A DNA stretch of 62,545 nt, filler included, from Porpidia crustulata (lineage: Eukaryota), in NCBI GenBank assembly GCA_964255105.1. It is 14 parts of 14 records of this genome, joined end to end, with 100 filler letters (N's around TTAATTAATTAA, not from the genome) between each part and the next. Parts side by side here need not be neighbours in the genome. Positions count along the whole stretch, not along the records: positions 9,002 to 13,400 come from CAXUWE010002086.1; positions 13,501 to 17,896 come from CAXUWE010002087.1; positions 17,997 to 22,390 come from CAXUWE010002088.1; positions 22,491 to 26,873 come from CAXUWE010002089.1; 10 more parts are not named here. One strand, written 5' to 3'. Position numbers and translations under genes: made by a program. The notes below the pieces were generated by a model. The model made no database searches and was not told the origin of the DNA. It saw only the letters and a program-made list of their open reading frames with translations. Below, one piece after another: positions 11,165 to 24,213 of this stretch. Within the stretch, counting starts at the first letter, position 1. Each line of letters opens with the position of its first letter.

Positions 11165-12751
11165 TTACGGTGTCCGCGCTGCGTTCGCGTCCGAGAACGG
11201 CCCTTCTTTCTTCCAACTAGCCAAACTTCCCACATTGCCTTGCCCGCCAACACTTCCGAGGCCTCCATGTCGCGGCTCTCTGCTTGCACGCCGAGTAGCC
11301 TCTTCGATGATCTGGTTCAAGCTGCCAGATCTGGTATGCCTCTGCCTACGTGCATCGGCAATTTCTAGGTGGTCGGCACTTTCCGGAGTAGAGCTTGAAG
11401 ATGGTTTGAATGGTGAATGTCTTAATTCTGGCGCGGAGGAGGGGGATCTGAAGCCAGTGCTCCCACCAGCAGAGCTTCCCCACGATTGTGACTTGAGCCG
11501 ATCGTGACCCATCAGGCTTTGTTCATCTGGCGAGTCCGCGTCTTCGTCGCTAGAGGCGTCATCAAAAGTGGACGAATCGCCGTTGTGTCGGGCCGGATCG
11601 ATGATCGACGAGGCCCGTTGTGGTAACCTCGTTAATGAGGCTTGCGTTGTTTCGCTGTTGCTTGGGCTCGGATTGTTGCGGGGAGTGGGAATGCTGATCG
11701 GTGACGGTATTGCAGCCGTGGTGGGTTTGAGGGCGTTGTTAGATTGACTCCTGGTAACAGTGACGGCCCTAGGCACCCCCAGACGGGCTACCATGGGTCC
11801 GCTCGGATTTCGCCGGACAGAGCCATGTCTTTGATAGTCTATCGCTGGCACAGGCGGTGTCACAGACCTCGGCGTATCGATAGGACTGTTCTTCCCGCTC
11901 GATTTAACGCTGACGGCGACCGCTTGGGCTCGAGTAGCAGTTATGGCTGGCATGGTGTTAATAACGGCATTGTGTTGATAATTCGTCGTCGCAACGCTGC
12001 TTCGTATCATACTTGGAGCTACGCTTGATCGAGCGATGGAGCTTCGACCATCATCTGTGTAGCCCGAGTACCTTGAGTCGTGTAAATCGCTCGGCATGAA
12101 GAAGTGCTGGTCCTGGCTGGGTTGAGGCGTAGTAACGGTCGAATTTGAGGGTGACGCTGCCGGAATAGGCGGGACAGGCGGGACAAGGTGGTCAGGGGAC
12201 GCGTCGACAGACCTATTGGTGACTCCGGGTATGTAGGCGATCTGTATTATATTCGAGGCGCGTGTGAGGACAGTTGAGGCAATTGAGCCCACCGTATGAG
12301 TAGATGCTCTCGCATCTCTCTGCATTACGAGATCGTCACCCTGTTTTTCCGTGCTCATACCTCCTTCGGGCCACTCATTTTCCTCAAAATGATCTCTTCT
12401 CTTTTTAATGCAGAATCGCCAAACAAGAAAGGTGATGATAATCACGAAAGCGATACCACCGATTACACCACCCGCGATTGGGCCGGCGGGTGATGTTTTT
12501 GGAGGAGGGGGTGGTGTTGTTGGGGCGGCTCCAATTTTGGTGCACTGAGTTTGTGGACATTTATCACAGGATTTGGTTGTCAAGGTACAAAGCTCATCGG
12601 AAGCACATACCGGGCATGATGGTTGTGTGGCAGGACAATCGAGGCAACGGCGGAATAGACGTGGAGTAGAAAACCCGAAACCTGCGTCTCACTGTAAATA
12701 ATCACAAGACCATGAGGACTTCCTGCGCTCACCAAATGTCGACGAGTCCAT
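11165..12751 (-). CDS. OPY2: Opy2-like membrane anchor of the HOG/osmosensing pathway (1 intron)
   Basis: Cys-rich N-terminus CLDCPATQPSCPVCASDELCTLTTKSCDKCPQTQC, a single TM helix (IAGGVIGGIAFVIIITFLVW), and the conserved STHTVGSIASTVLTRASNIIQIAYIPGV. Confidence 0.85.
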
Positions 12752-13500
12752 GCTGCGCAGGATGTCAGAGAATATGATCGAATATGAGTCTAGGGACTAG
12801 GCCGCTCAGATCAGGTCAGGATATTTGGCCACTGTTGGAGGACTCTATTGAACAAATTATTCGTCGAAGTAGTCTTCGAGCGTCGAAGCACAGATCGTAA
12901 GAAAGAATGGAATAAACTTATTCCGCAAGGTGCCCTGGATTGGATCGTTGGTGGTGGTGTAGTCTCAGTGGAGGGAAATTAGTCGTGGACAAAGTCGGAC
13001 AAAGAACTTCGAATAGAATGACAACGCTTCTAGATCCGACGGGGACTTGCGATGTTGGTGGAACTGATAAACGAATGACTTCCGAGCCTCCTAATGAGAC
13101 ACCTCTACCAGTAGCCTTTTTAACTCAGTTGCATAGATTGCTTCGGCGTGCTGCTGCGAAGCTGTAATGAGATCGGCTCGGGCGCATGAAACTGCTTCCC
13201 GCAGGGGCAGACAAGTGGGACGAATTAGTAAGAAGCCAGCGACAACATGACCTGGTAGAGACGCGAAGATCATAAATGTTCGAAATTGAGATCGAAGATC
13301 CAGAGGTCTGCCGGCGACTCGCGAGAGTAGTGAGATGAGGGAGACTGATTGTAGGTAGCTGGAGGTGATACGAAGGAAGGGCTATTTTCAGGGACAGTGA
13401 NNNNNNNNNNNNNNNNNNNNNNNNNNNNNNNNNNNNNNNNNNNNTTAATTAATTAANNNNNNNNNNNNNNNNNNNNNNNNNNNNNNNNNNNNNNNNNNNN

Positions 13501-15123
13501 TCCTCGCGGTGCGCGGCCAGGAACGCCGCCACGGCGGTGCCGAGCGTGCAGCCGCTGCCCGTGATGCGGCCGAGGTAGGGGTCGCCGTTGGCGATGGCGA
13601 GGGTGCGGCGGCCGTCGCTGAGGAAATCGGTGGGGCCGGTCATGAGCACGAGGGTGCGTTCGCGGGCGGCGAGGTTCTTGGCCGCGGTTGCTTTCTTCAG
13701 GGCTGTGGTTGCGCTGGGGCCGCTGTCGACGCCTTTTTGCTGGGTCGTGGCGGCGCTATCGTCGTCGAGGACGGTGAGGATTTCGTTTTCGTTGCCTTTG
13801 ATGAGGTGGAAGTAGCCGGCGTTGAGGAGGGAGCGGACGGCGGTGCGGCGCGTGCGGGTGGCGCCGGCGCCGACGGGGTCGAGGAGGATGGGGCCGTTGG
13901 TAGTGTTGTAGGCGCGGATGGCTTGGGTGAAGTTGGCGATGCCGGAGGGGGTGACGGTGCCCATATTGACGACGAGGGCGCCGCCGAGGGCCGCGAGGTC
14001 GGGGGCTTCTTCGCCGTAGTTGGCCATGATGGGGCTTGCGCCGATGGCCAGGGCGACGTTGGCGGCGAAGTTTTGGACGACGAGGTTGGTCATGTTGTGG
14101 CAGAGGGGGATCTTGATACCGACGTCGCGGACGATTTCGGGGATTTTTTGCAGGAGTTTGTCGAGCGGTTCGTTGTTGGTTGTGAGGCCTGTTGCAAATA
14201 TTGGGGGTTCTTTGATCAGTGCTCGTAACTCAGCAGCTGCCTGCCTAGGGTCTTCGGCGGTGATGATGGCGCTTACGGCAGCAACACCATCGAGACTCTT
14301 GAACGTTGACTTGGATTGATATATAATTCGCTGAACGTTGGACGCGTTGATGCCACCGATGGCTACGGTGTGTACTTTTCTGTCCATGGCCTCAATTGAT
14401 CGAAGGATTGCTCTTGTTCCACTGGGGCCAATGATCGATTTTGAATTTTCTTTCCTGGAGGTTCATCAACATGACTATCGTGCGCTATCAAGTGTGATTA
14501 ATCTTACGTGGGAGTAGCATACATAGTCCCAATGCCCAAGTAGTCTGCACCTGCGTCTACTGCTGCAATGGCTTCCTCCGGAGTGGAACAAGTCACACCA
14601 ATGATGGCATCAGGACCCAAGGCTCTCCTCGCAGAAACGGGATCTGCATGTGTTCTTAGCTAAATCCATACAGCTGCTCTGTACAGTGTGAATATATGAA
14701 GACTAGGGTTGCCCGCAAATCTCCGCACATCCTGTCATTGAGTGCCAGAAGTGCTGAAAGAAGAACAAGATTCAAAGACTGACATACCCATATCTTCCTG
14801 CCCTAAGTGGACTCCTGCAGCACCCACAGCCAGGGCAACATCGACACGATCATTGACGAGCAGTGGAACTCCCAAGCTCCGAGTGGTCTCACAAAGTTGT
14901 TTGGCAGTACGGATCAAGTCTGCTGTTTCGCTTGTTTTATCACGATATTGTACGATTGTGACGCCTGTACTTTGTTAGTCCATTTTATCAGAGAGGCGTC
15001 GTTGAACCTACCTCCTTTCACTGCTGCAGCGACCACACTTGCAAGATCATTTTTGCCCAGAATTGCACTGGTAGAGTCGGTCACCAGGTACAAAGAATAG
15101 TCGGCGGGCATGCGGTTTGCCAT
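13501..15123 (-). CDS. THI6: Bifunctional thiamine-phosphate synthase / hydroxyethylthiazole kinase, 3' truncated, 3 introns; start codon ambiguous (15132, 15123 or 15111)
   Basis: DYSLYLVTDS, VNDRVDVALA, GVHLGQED and VAIGGIN in the synthase domain; HNMTNLVVQNFAANVALAIGASPIM, DPVGAGAT and ITGSGCTLG in the kinase domain. Confidence 0.95.
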
Positions 15124-15951
15124 GCTGTACATGCCCAACTTGTCAAAATTATAAGGTGACGATGTTGGGAACGGAGGATATCAGAAATTGAACTTGCGAT
15201 ATGAAATGTACAAAAGGGAGTTTCTCGTTCTGACGAGAGATCGTTTCTTGAAGATTCAGGAGTCTAACTTGAGACGAGAAGAGATAGAGATGTCGTAAAA
15301 GAGTCTACAGAGATAGTTGGATTCCATTGTTAGTCTGTTGACTTTTCCGAGAACCATAACGTTATGAATGCTCAAGGCTAATCGACACTGCGAAGGGGAT
15401 CACTGATGTCTATTGGCAGACATACTTAACGAGATATATGGCCCAAAGGAGTGACATACAATTATCTATATAATCTAGGTTTTATGATCACAGAGATCAA
15501 AGAGACCAAAAAGATCAGATGGGGAATTGAAACTTGTTGTAGAGTTGATGAGGCTCAGAGAATTTTTCTCAAGAAGGACTAGTGGACTGGGCGTTTTACT
15601 TGCCTGATTAATTTGGTCAGCTAGTCACTTAGTCATGCAGTCATCGCACGAGGACGCGCCAGAAACAGTTTATTTGCCGGATCATAAATTTCTATTTCTA
15701 TTTCTTTCTCATAAACCTCTTCCGTCTGACTACCTACACACTTGTTCATTGTCCAAGTCCAACACAAACAACCAACAAGGCAATACACACGTTTGCCTGA
15801 CGGATCACAGCAACTGTATTCAAAACTATCATACCTCACATCGCTTCTTGAGCACATTGCCAACGCTCTACTCTCCTCTTTTCACCACCTAAGCCCATCA
15901 CCAGCCAGCACCCCACATATTGCAAAAAGCACTGCCGACACACTGCTTTTT

Positions 15952-16059
15952 ATGTATTCGCCCCGTGTTAACGCCTTCAGACACCATCCGCCGCTCAAGC
16001 AGCAATCATTTCGCATACCGCGGAAACCTTGTAGCCATTCTGCAAGGTCCAACGGCTAA
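15952..16059 (+). promoter_or_regulatory. Putative uORF1 of eIF5 (35 aa), AUG in poor context TTT-ATG-T
   Basis: ATG at 15952 with -3 T and +4 T, stop TAA at 16057-16059, upstream of the eIF5 ATG at 16203. Confidence 0.55.
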
Positions 16060-16105
16060 TTCGGAGCTTCTCTAAAATATCGTTGCTTGCTACTACGGAC
16101 ACTGG

Positions 16106-16177
16106 ATGTCTTTTTCGGCATCTCTTGGCGGTTTATCCATCCAGTTCGAGGCTTCCAGAAATTTCTATTTTCCTTAA
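16106..16177 (+). promoter_or_regulatory. Putative uORF2 of eIF5 (23 aa), AUG in poor context TGG-ATG-T
   Basis: MSFSASLGGLSIQFEASRNFYFP* ends 25 nt before the main ATG. Confidence 0.5.
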
Positions 16178-16202
16178 ATCAGGTATAACTTAACCAGCAA
16201 TC

Positions 16203-17615
16203 ATGGCTACTCTCAATATTCGTCGGGTGAGTTGCTCTCATTTCATGAAGGTCGAGAGTTAACTAACCATCATCACAGGATGTATCCGACCCCTTTTACC
16301 GTTACAAGATGGAGCGTCTCCAGTCTAAAATCGAAGGCAAAGGAAACGGCATCAAGACCGTCATTGTCAATTTGAGTAGCGTTGCACAATCTTTGGCTCG
16401 TCCACCACCTTGTTCGTATCCTAAAGATCATCACTCTGCGCAGCTCAAACTTGCTAACCATCGGTAGACGTGATCAAATACTTTGGTTTCGAACTTGGTG
16501 CGCAGACCAACACCAATCCCGCAGATGACCGCTGGATCATCAACGGTGCCCACGAGGCCTCCAAGCTTCAAGATTACCTAGACGGATTCATCAGCAGGTT
16601 TGTCCTTTGCAAGAAGTGCAAGAATCCCGAGACCGACGTCGTCATCAAGGATGGACATATCGTTTTGGACTGCAAAGCTTGCGGTCAGCGCTCCGATGTC
16701 GATCTTCGCCTCAAGCTCAGCTCTTTCATCCTCAAGAACCAGCCAAAGAAGGGCAAGAAGGAGAAGGCGGACAAGGCAGAAAGAAAGGCACGCAGAGCCA
16801 AAGCAAAGGAAAATGGAGATGTTGAGCAGAATGGCAACGGCAATGGTCATGCTTCCGGAGAGAGCAATTCGGATGGCGCAGATGTCGATGACGGAGATTT
16901 TGCGCCTGAAGCAGGCAGCGACGACGAATTGACACGCCGTATCAACGCCGAAGCAAAAGAGTTAGACGCCAACGCTGACGTCAAGGACGACGTATGGGCT
17001 GTCGATGTTTCTGAAGAAGCAGTCAAGGCTCGTGCCAAGGAACTCCCAGACGACCTTAAACAGAAGCTGGTCTTTGAAGATGGCGATGAAGACGAAGGTG
17101 AAGGCGGCGGCAATAGCTCGTACGATCAGCTCGGCAGCTGGGTCATCAGTACCGCTGAAGCAAAAGGCGGCGTCAGCAAACTTGACGGTGTTGATATCTA
17201 CGTCAAGGCCAAAGACCTTGGCATCGAAGCAAAGCACAAGACCCTCACTGTGCTTGCCCAGACCGTCTTTGATGATTCCATCGTTACTCAGATTCCCGAG
17301 CGTGCCAGCATGCTGAAGAAAATGATCACCTCCGAGCGCCACGAAAAGGCCTTTCTTGGCGGCACCGAACGCTTCCTTGGCAAGGAGCATCCCAAGCTCA
17401 TCCCCGAGGTTCCCAAGGTCTTGATGGCTTACTACCAAGAGGATCTCATTTCCGAGGGTGTGCTCAAGAATTGGGGATCCAAAGCCAGTAAGAAGTATGT
17501 CGATCTGGCGACTAGCAAGAAAGTTCGCCAGGCTGCCCAGCCTTTTCTCGAATGGCTGGAGAATGCCGAGAGTGATGAGGAGGGTGAGGAAGGAGAAGAA
17601 GAAGAGGAGGAATAG
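16203..17615 (+). CDS. TIF5: Eukaryotic translation initiation factor 5 (2 introns)
   Basis: [46 protein letters not shown], zinc finger CKKC..CKACG and the W2 domain ending [13 protein letters not shown]. Confidence 0.98.
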
Positions 17616-18227
17616 TGGGACCTCGCTAAGATATTTCTTGTCCCTTGCTCTTCGTCGATCGTCAGCCATTCCCCGTTCTTGTTGGAAGTCTCCTGTTCGC
17701 CACTCCGCTCTCGGTGTTTACGTTCGCTCCACTTTTGTTTTGGGCCACTCAGTGCACTAATACTCTCAAAAGCCGTGTCGAATGTTCGAGTCTTGTATTT
17801 ACTAAATAGGAACATCTCTCCTCTATGTCGCTTATCCTGCTTGACTTGCTCCAGAACATTGAACTCAAACACCACCATACACACATACCATAAGCCNNNN
17901 NNNNNNNNNNNNNNNNNNNNNNNNNNNNNNNNNNNNNNNNTTAATTAATTAANNNNNNNNNNNNNNNNNNNNNNNNNNNNNNNNNNNNNNNNNNNNGCCC
18001 TTCTCGTCTCCCGATCCCCGTCACACTAAATTCCATGTCAATACGTAGTCTCCAATTCACAGATCATCCACAACCACACAATCACACACACCTCTCACAT
18101 CACATACACAAAACACTCCTCATAAACATCTATTCACCACCCATCTACATCAAACGGATACCAAGACCTCCATATCCAGTTTTCCCTCCCCCAATCCCTT
18201 CTATAACCAATACCCCAAACCGAAACC

Positions 18228-19882
18228 TCATCCCGTAAGCTTAAACAACGCCTTTCCCCCTCCAACAGCAACCTGCTCCACAAATCCGTCAACCACGCTC
18301 CCGGCCAACACATCGTCGAAACCCTGCCCGTCATCGATGACATGGATACTCGCCGTTTTGTTGCTACTGGCGAAGACAACAGCCACCTTGATCGTACGAT
18401 CGAGCGGCCGGTCGAAGTAGTCGGAGCAGCCACCAGCGGGAAGCATGTGCAACGTCGACTTGCAGCGGGAATTGCCCGTGTCGAGGATCTCGAACAGGTC
18501 GAATTCGCCGCAGCCGCTCGTCCAGCAGGAACAGTCGGGGTTGCTACCGTACTGCGAGGTCAGCGGAATCTGGGCGTTCATGAGCCAGATGGCCGGCATG
18601 TCCGCGTTGAAACCGGACTTGCCGGACGCAGGCATGGAGAATTCGAGGAGGAAGACTTTGTGGTCGCCACCGAAGCCGTCTATAGTACGATTAATTTGTA
18701 ATTCAATGTGAAAAGGTAAGGATACTGACGGTACGCTATGCCTCCAGGACGAGTATATCCGCAGCCGCCATCGTTGCAATTCTTGTCCGATAGAATAATG
18801 ACTTCAACATCATCTTCAATCGTTTGATCGGATAGCACTTGAGTAGAGCCAGCACCAGATTTGAGATCAGAAGATGCATATGACAATGATGCACCGAATC
18901 TAGTGACAAATATCAGCGTTTTTCTTTGCACGCTCTGCAAAACACCAACGCTGTGCCTCCATCTGCGCTACCAGGAATGCCGGGAGTTCCGCCAAAATGG
19001 TTCAAGAAAGTAATTCCAGTCGAGATCCCTCCATTCGCGTTATAGTATGCGTGACGACTCCAGGTGCCGATAGAGACGGTCGAAGAACTCGGTGAGCTTG
19101 GAGAGATTGAGGTTGCGTGGGGATCTGTGGATGAGACAGAGGTTGCATAGGAATCCGAAGAAGAGGCTGAAGAAAGTACCGAGGTGACAACAGAAGATGC
19201 GGTAGAAGACGCAGGTCTTGAGGAGCTCGTAGTCAAAGTTGGCGCCAAGGTCGAATCCGCCACAACGTCCGAAGCAGCTTTGGTGGTAACAGAGGTAGCG
19301 ACGCCAGGACCGGCATACTCATTGGTCCAGCTGGCAACCTTTCCACTAATGGTCGCGCTTACAACATCACCAAGAGCGCGTTTCCCATGCTTTCCGTGTA
19401 GTTTCTCGTGATTCTTGCTAGCACCGTGGTGCGAATGATGATGACCGTGTCCATGACCGTGTTCCACATACCCAGCATCATCAGCGCGCTTCGCCGCACG
19501 ATCGCTGGGGAAATAGACCGCGACTTGTTTCAGCCAAGTTGGGCCGCGCACATGCAGGGACAGCTTCGTGGATTTTAGCTGTGAGCTTGATGTTTTTCCA
19601 TGCCGGCACGCGTAGGAAAGGAAAACTCACCTCTTCGTTCAACGGCGCAAGAGACCCGCTGTACTGGTAACGTTCACTACGGCATTGGCCGCTCGCGGCA
19701 TCCATGTAGGTGATTTTGTTGTAGGAACCGGTTCCAGGGAAGTTTGTGTAGGTAATACCTTTCACCGATGAACAGTACCAGTTGCCTTTGATCTCCTTGG
19801 CCGATCCCTCTGCGCAAGCCTGAGCGGCAATGTTGTGAGCGGCGAGCAGCGCCGCCGCAGCGACGGGGATGATTGTACGCAT
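18228..19882 (-). CDS. TOS1: Tos1/Pga52-like secreted cell-wall putative glycosidase (DUF2403/DUF2401), 3 introns
   Basis: Signal peptide, GNWYCSSV, YSGSLAPLNEE, RGPTWLKQVAVY, Ser/Thr linker, DMPAIWLMNAQIP and CSCWTSGCGEFDLFE. Confidence 0.85.
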
Positions 19883-20832
19883 GCTGATAATGATATTGGT
19901 AGGATTTTTTTCAAAAATTCTGGCAGGACAATCGTGCAATGTTTACTCGTTCGGGTTGCGCTTTCTGTTTTTGGGTCGAGTGAAGGGGTCGTGATTTGTG
20001 GTGATGGTTGAGATCGCGGCTTCCTCGACGACGACAACACTAACATAACGTGTCGAAGGATTGGCCGGTAGGTGCCGTTGGACTGTAAACATCTAGGAGA
20101 GCTTGTCGGTCACGACAGCGAGATAAGATGACATGGAAGTCAGAGAGGAGGGAGATTGGGGACATCTTTGGTATCACACAAGCGAACATCTTCACCGATA
20201 TTACCTCAGTGCTCTCGGACCTGATGAATGCAATGAAAATGCTCCGCCTCTTTCCAAACCCTCCCAAAGATGTGATGCTAATGAAACTGATGTGAAGGAG
20301 ATGAAAACCACTAGGGGAAGCGCTAGGGCTACTTTATTCACCGCGAGATTGTTGACGGTCACGAGAAATGGAGGGCTCAATCCAAGAAATCGTCAGGTAA
20401 ATAGGGAACCTCACGGTCAAAAATTCAAGGGCACAGCGTCAGTCAAAGTATGTGCAGACAGTCATGCCAAATCGAGGAGGAACATCGTCATTTCGTACAG
20501 AACCCAATATGTATAATTAAACATACGCACCAAGCCTCGGCTGTTGGACATGTAGAGGTACGCCCGCGTACTGGATAAGCAAAGCTTGTGGGGAAGGAAT
20601 GTATCTCTGATATCCAGCAGCCTCCCCTATCCAAAATAAAAATAAAAAGCCATGTCAATATACAGGATGGTTTCCGGGTATATCCAAAAGCTCCCCAGTG
20701 AATTGTAGCAGAATCAAGTGTGATGTATGCAATGAGAGAAACAACCGCAGGCTACTTAGTTCATCATCTTCGGGAAAAGACTAGAATCATCCACCTACCC
20801 TCGAAACATTTGATGAGCCGCGGCGGACCTCC

Positions 20833-21768
20833 TCAAAATTCCGTTGTCATGTGCGCGGGGCCGGCAGTTAACGCCCCACCGGCATTGGTCTGAGACACAT
20901 CCGTGAAGCTGTTCGCTTCCTTGCTGCTGACAACGCCGCTCTGAGAACTCATGGTCAACTTTTGGCCAACAGAGTTGCCTGTGGCGGGGATGGAAGATCG
21001 GTCGTAGCCGCTCCAACCGTTATTCTTGATGTTGCCAAAATCGAATTCTCCCCATGGGCAGTTGGGAACGCCACCTCTCGTTGGGTCGGTTCCACAGTCG
21101 GTGGCCAAACCACCCTGAGTGTCCTCGTCGAAAGCAACTGTTTTCTTTCCGCCGGCGGGGATCTCAAGTTTCAAAACGGGGCAGGTCCATCCAGCGACCT
21201 TTCCGTCGGGGCAAGCTTTGTTCCATACGTTGACAGTGATTTGCGATGAACCGGTATTGGAAATAACGTTGGTATACTTCCAGTTGCTCAAATCCGACTC
21301 CGAGATCTCCTTCATATTGCTACCGTAGGGCGCGCCGACGTTTCCGATACGGTCAGCGTCAACGCCGTCCTCCTTGGGAGCGGTACGACCACCGAATCCG
21401 GAAGTTGAGGCACCACCGCTAGCGGGTTTGCTGGAGCTGGCTTGGGTAGGCGCCGGAACTGGGCTGCTGGAAGGGGGAGCGGCAGCAGCCTTGTTTTCTG
21501 GCACCGAGGGAGCTGGCGCGGAAGCACTAGCGGAGGCCGCAGGTGGAGCAGCAGCGGGGGGGGCCGCGGGAGCAGCAGCAGCAGGTTCAGGGCTTCCAGG
21601 GTATTTGATCTTAGTGAAGTCTACCTCGTTGGCGATATTTGTGTAGAGCGACGGGTCGTTGTAATCCACACCCCTCCTCTGATGGGAGTGCCTGTGACGA
21701 GCAGGTGATGCAAAAGCGCCATCGAGGCTGAGAGCGACCAAGAGAAGAGCGCTGTATGATAGCTGCAT
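20833..21768 (-). CDS. Secreted allergen Asp f 4-like protein
   Basis: Signal peptide MQLSYSALLLVALSLDGAFA, HRHSHQRR, Pro/Ala linker, GNVGAPYGSN, VAFDEDTQGG and WGEFDFGN..NNGWSGYD. Confidence 0.8.
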   Translation of the reverse strand: MQLSYSALLLVALSLDGAFASPARHRHSHQRRGVDYNDPSLYTNIANEVDFTKIKYPGSPEPAAAAPAAPPAAAPPAASASASAPAPSVPENKAAAAPPSSSPVPAPTQASSSKPASGGASTSGFGGRTAPKEDGVDADRIGNVGAPYGSNMKEISESDLSNWKYTNVISNTGSSQITVNVWNKACPDGKVAGWTCPVLKLEIPAGGKKTVAFDEDTQGGLATDCGTDPTRGGVPNCPWGEFDFGNIKNNGWSGYDRSSIPATGNSVGQKLTMSSQSGVVSSKEANSFTDVSQTNAGGALTAGPAHMTTEF

Positions 21769-22798
21769 TTTGTTTGATGATAATTTTGTGTTCGTAGATA
21801 ATCGTGTATAGAACGTAGCTTTGGCGATAGAGTTGCAATGAATTCGATGCGCTGGATCTGGAGGTTTGGTATTAGCGATCAACGCTTTTACCGGCAAGAT
21901 ATATGATAGAAACAAATGAGTGTGTTGAGAAGAGAGTGTGGTTGTATGACAGAGAGAGACAGTGAGGGACAGAAGTTTCAAGGTCACGGGTAGTCCTCGA
22001 AGTAAGAAATGCTCGGAATGTGGTGCATCAAAACAATGCATCGAGACAATACCTCGAAGTGATGCATCATTGACAACAAATCGCCACATGAACACAGTAA
22101 AGCCATTGCCAACAATAGTATCTGTTGCGACAACAAAGAACGCCGCGCTGCGCTTGTCCACGTACCTAATAGATTTGATTGGCTTTTCGTCGCGCGAAAG
22201 AACAGAGTCTGACTGGTCAAAGAGAGTGATAGATGTCTGGAAAGAGTGGTATCAACGAAAGTGACTGAGAATCAAGAAAAGAGTGACTTGATTTCCAGTT
22301 GATGATTCGCGAATAAATGCTGAGAACAGAAAAGATTGTATGTTGCAAGTCGAAGAGAAGGGAAATCTGGGTGTGAGAGAGATGTTGGATNNNNNNNNNN
22401 NNNNNNNNNNNNNNNNNNNNNNNNNNNNNNNNNNTTAATTAATTAANNNNNNNNNNNNNNNNNNNNNNNNNNNNNNNNNNNNNNNNNNNNGTTTGGGGTG
22501 TGCACGGGACCGGAACGTGCACGGGCCCGGGAATACTCCTATAGGGCCGAGGGTGGAACCGCGCCAGTATCGCTATTCGGGATCGTGGCCGATTGGCGCC
22601 CACACAGTCACTTACATCTTCGCCTGCATAAATAGCTTGTAATTCCAGTCAATATCAGCCTAGGTACCTCACCTAAGGTGCAAGTCCAAATAGAACCTTG
22701 CTCCTTTACTAGTACATTGAAAACGCTGTGTAATAGATATTTGACGTCTTTTGTGATACTTGGGTTCGCAGAATATATTCTGAGACAGCTCGGACACC

Positions 22799-24213
22799 AT
22801 GGACTTGACTTCTCTCAACACGATTGACCTTCCTCCCACAGTATGTTGTGAGAGTAAACCGCAGGTGGTTACAAGTACACATGCTCTAGGGTACGCTAAC
22901 TTCTACAACTTCTACTGTTAGGCCGATTTTCATTGTCACCTACGCGAGGGTGCCATGATGGAGCTCGTCACGCCAATTACGAGTGGAGGGTGCGATACAA
23001 TCTTCGTCATGCCTAATCTAGAGAAGCCTATTGTATCAGTTGTACAAGCCTTAGCATATCATAAGAAACTGAGCGAGCTTGCTCCAAATGTTGTGTTTCT
23101 GATGTCGTTATATTTACACCCAGATGTAACGACAGACCAAATCAAATTGGCTGCCGAAACAAAACTCATATTTGGCGTGAAGCTGTACCCTGCTGGAGTG
23201 ACTACCAATTCTCAGCATGGTGTACGGGATATAAAGCAATACTACCCCGTTTTTGCAGCAATGCAGAAAGTAGGATTGGTTTTGAACTTGCATGGGGAAT
23301 CCATGAACTCTTCACCAGATACCTCAACCATGTATGATTCTATGAATGCTGAATCTAATTTCCTGCCACAATTATTTGAGCTCCATAAGGACTTTCCAGA
23401 TCTGCGAATTGTAAGGACAAAGTGGACCCTTTTGATTCAGAACGGTATGCTAACAACCTCGGGACGAAATAGGTACTTGAGCATGTGAGTACGAAAGAGG
23501 GCGTCGATGCCGTAAAGCAATGTGGACCCAACGTAAGGGGAACACTCACAGCTCACCATTTATGGGGGACCATTGAAGATGCTGAAAGTGATGTTTTCAA
23601 TCTTTGCAAGCCGGTTATGAAGACTCCAGACGACCGTCTCGCGCTTATAAAAGCTGCTGTTGATGGCTCATCAAAATTCTTTTTTGGAAGCGATTCCGCT
23701 CCGCATCCGATACAATCAAAGACAGAGAAGGAATGTGCCGCAGCAGGCTGTTTCACACAACCGTAGGTTATCATCTCGGCTTTATTCTAAGATGTTTTGT
23801 TCCTCTGCTCACCCTTTTCTTGCACTTTGAGGATGATCTTTCTTAAATAACGCGTTTTGGACCAATGAGGCAGCTGATGGCGTTTGATGAACTGAAACAT
23901 TATCTTCAATCCTAATACTGACATTTACAGATGGTGTACAGCTCTCGTCATCGGCGCTTTCGAACGCGCGATGAGCCTGGGCTGGATCAGTAAAAACATC
24001 TCGCGGGAGGTGATCGAGGGTTTTCTTTCACATTACGGTCGAACTTTCTACAAAATCGCTCAGCCGGAACAGGAAACGACGTCCAAATATAGCATTCGGC
24101 TTGAGCGGAAAGGCGAAAGAATTCCTAAATCAATCAAGTCCTTGGACGGAACTATCGAAGTCGTTCCATTTCGCAGAGACGAGAATGTAATGACTTTGAC
24201 TTGGCTAAAGTAG
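22799..24213 (+). CDS. URA4: Dihydroorotase (3 introns)
   Basis: DFHCHLR, VMPNL, GVKLYPAGVTTNS, LNLHGE, VLEH, TAHHL, CKPV and FFGSDSAPH; the metal ligands and catalytic Asp are present. Confidence 0.93.

Noticed and set aside
14644..14787. TPP riboswitch in the long THI6 intron
   Set aside because: The conserved CTGAGA and TGAT..GGATAAT..GCG aptamer cores are absent.
20833..22161. 132-aa N-terminal extension of the Asp f 4-like ORF
   Set aside because: The signal peptide begins at ATG 21768; the upstream part looks like non-coding leader that is open by chance.
22500..22533. Two-unit 17-bp repeat GTGCACGGG(A/C)CCGG at the contig start
   Set aside because: Possibly a transposon subterminal repeat, but too short and truncated to call.
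23763..23930. Stwintron or snoRNA in the longer URA4 intron (also BNA5 intron 35186-35348)
   Set aside because: No nested splice signals that would rebuild a donor, and the candidate CTGA is the branch site.
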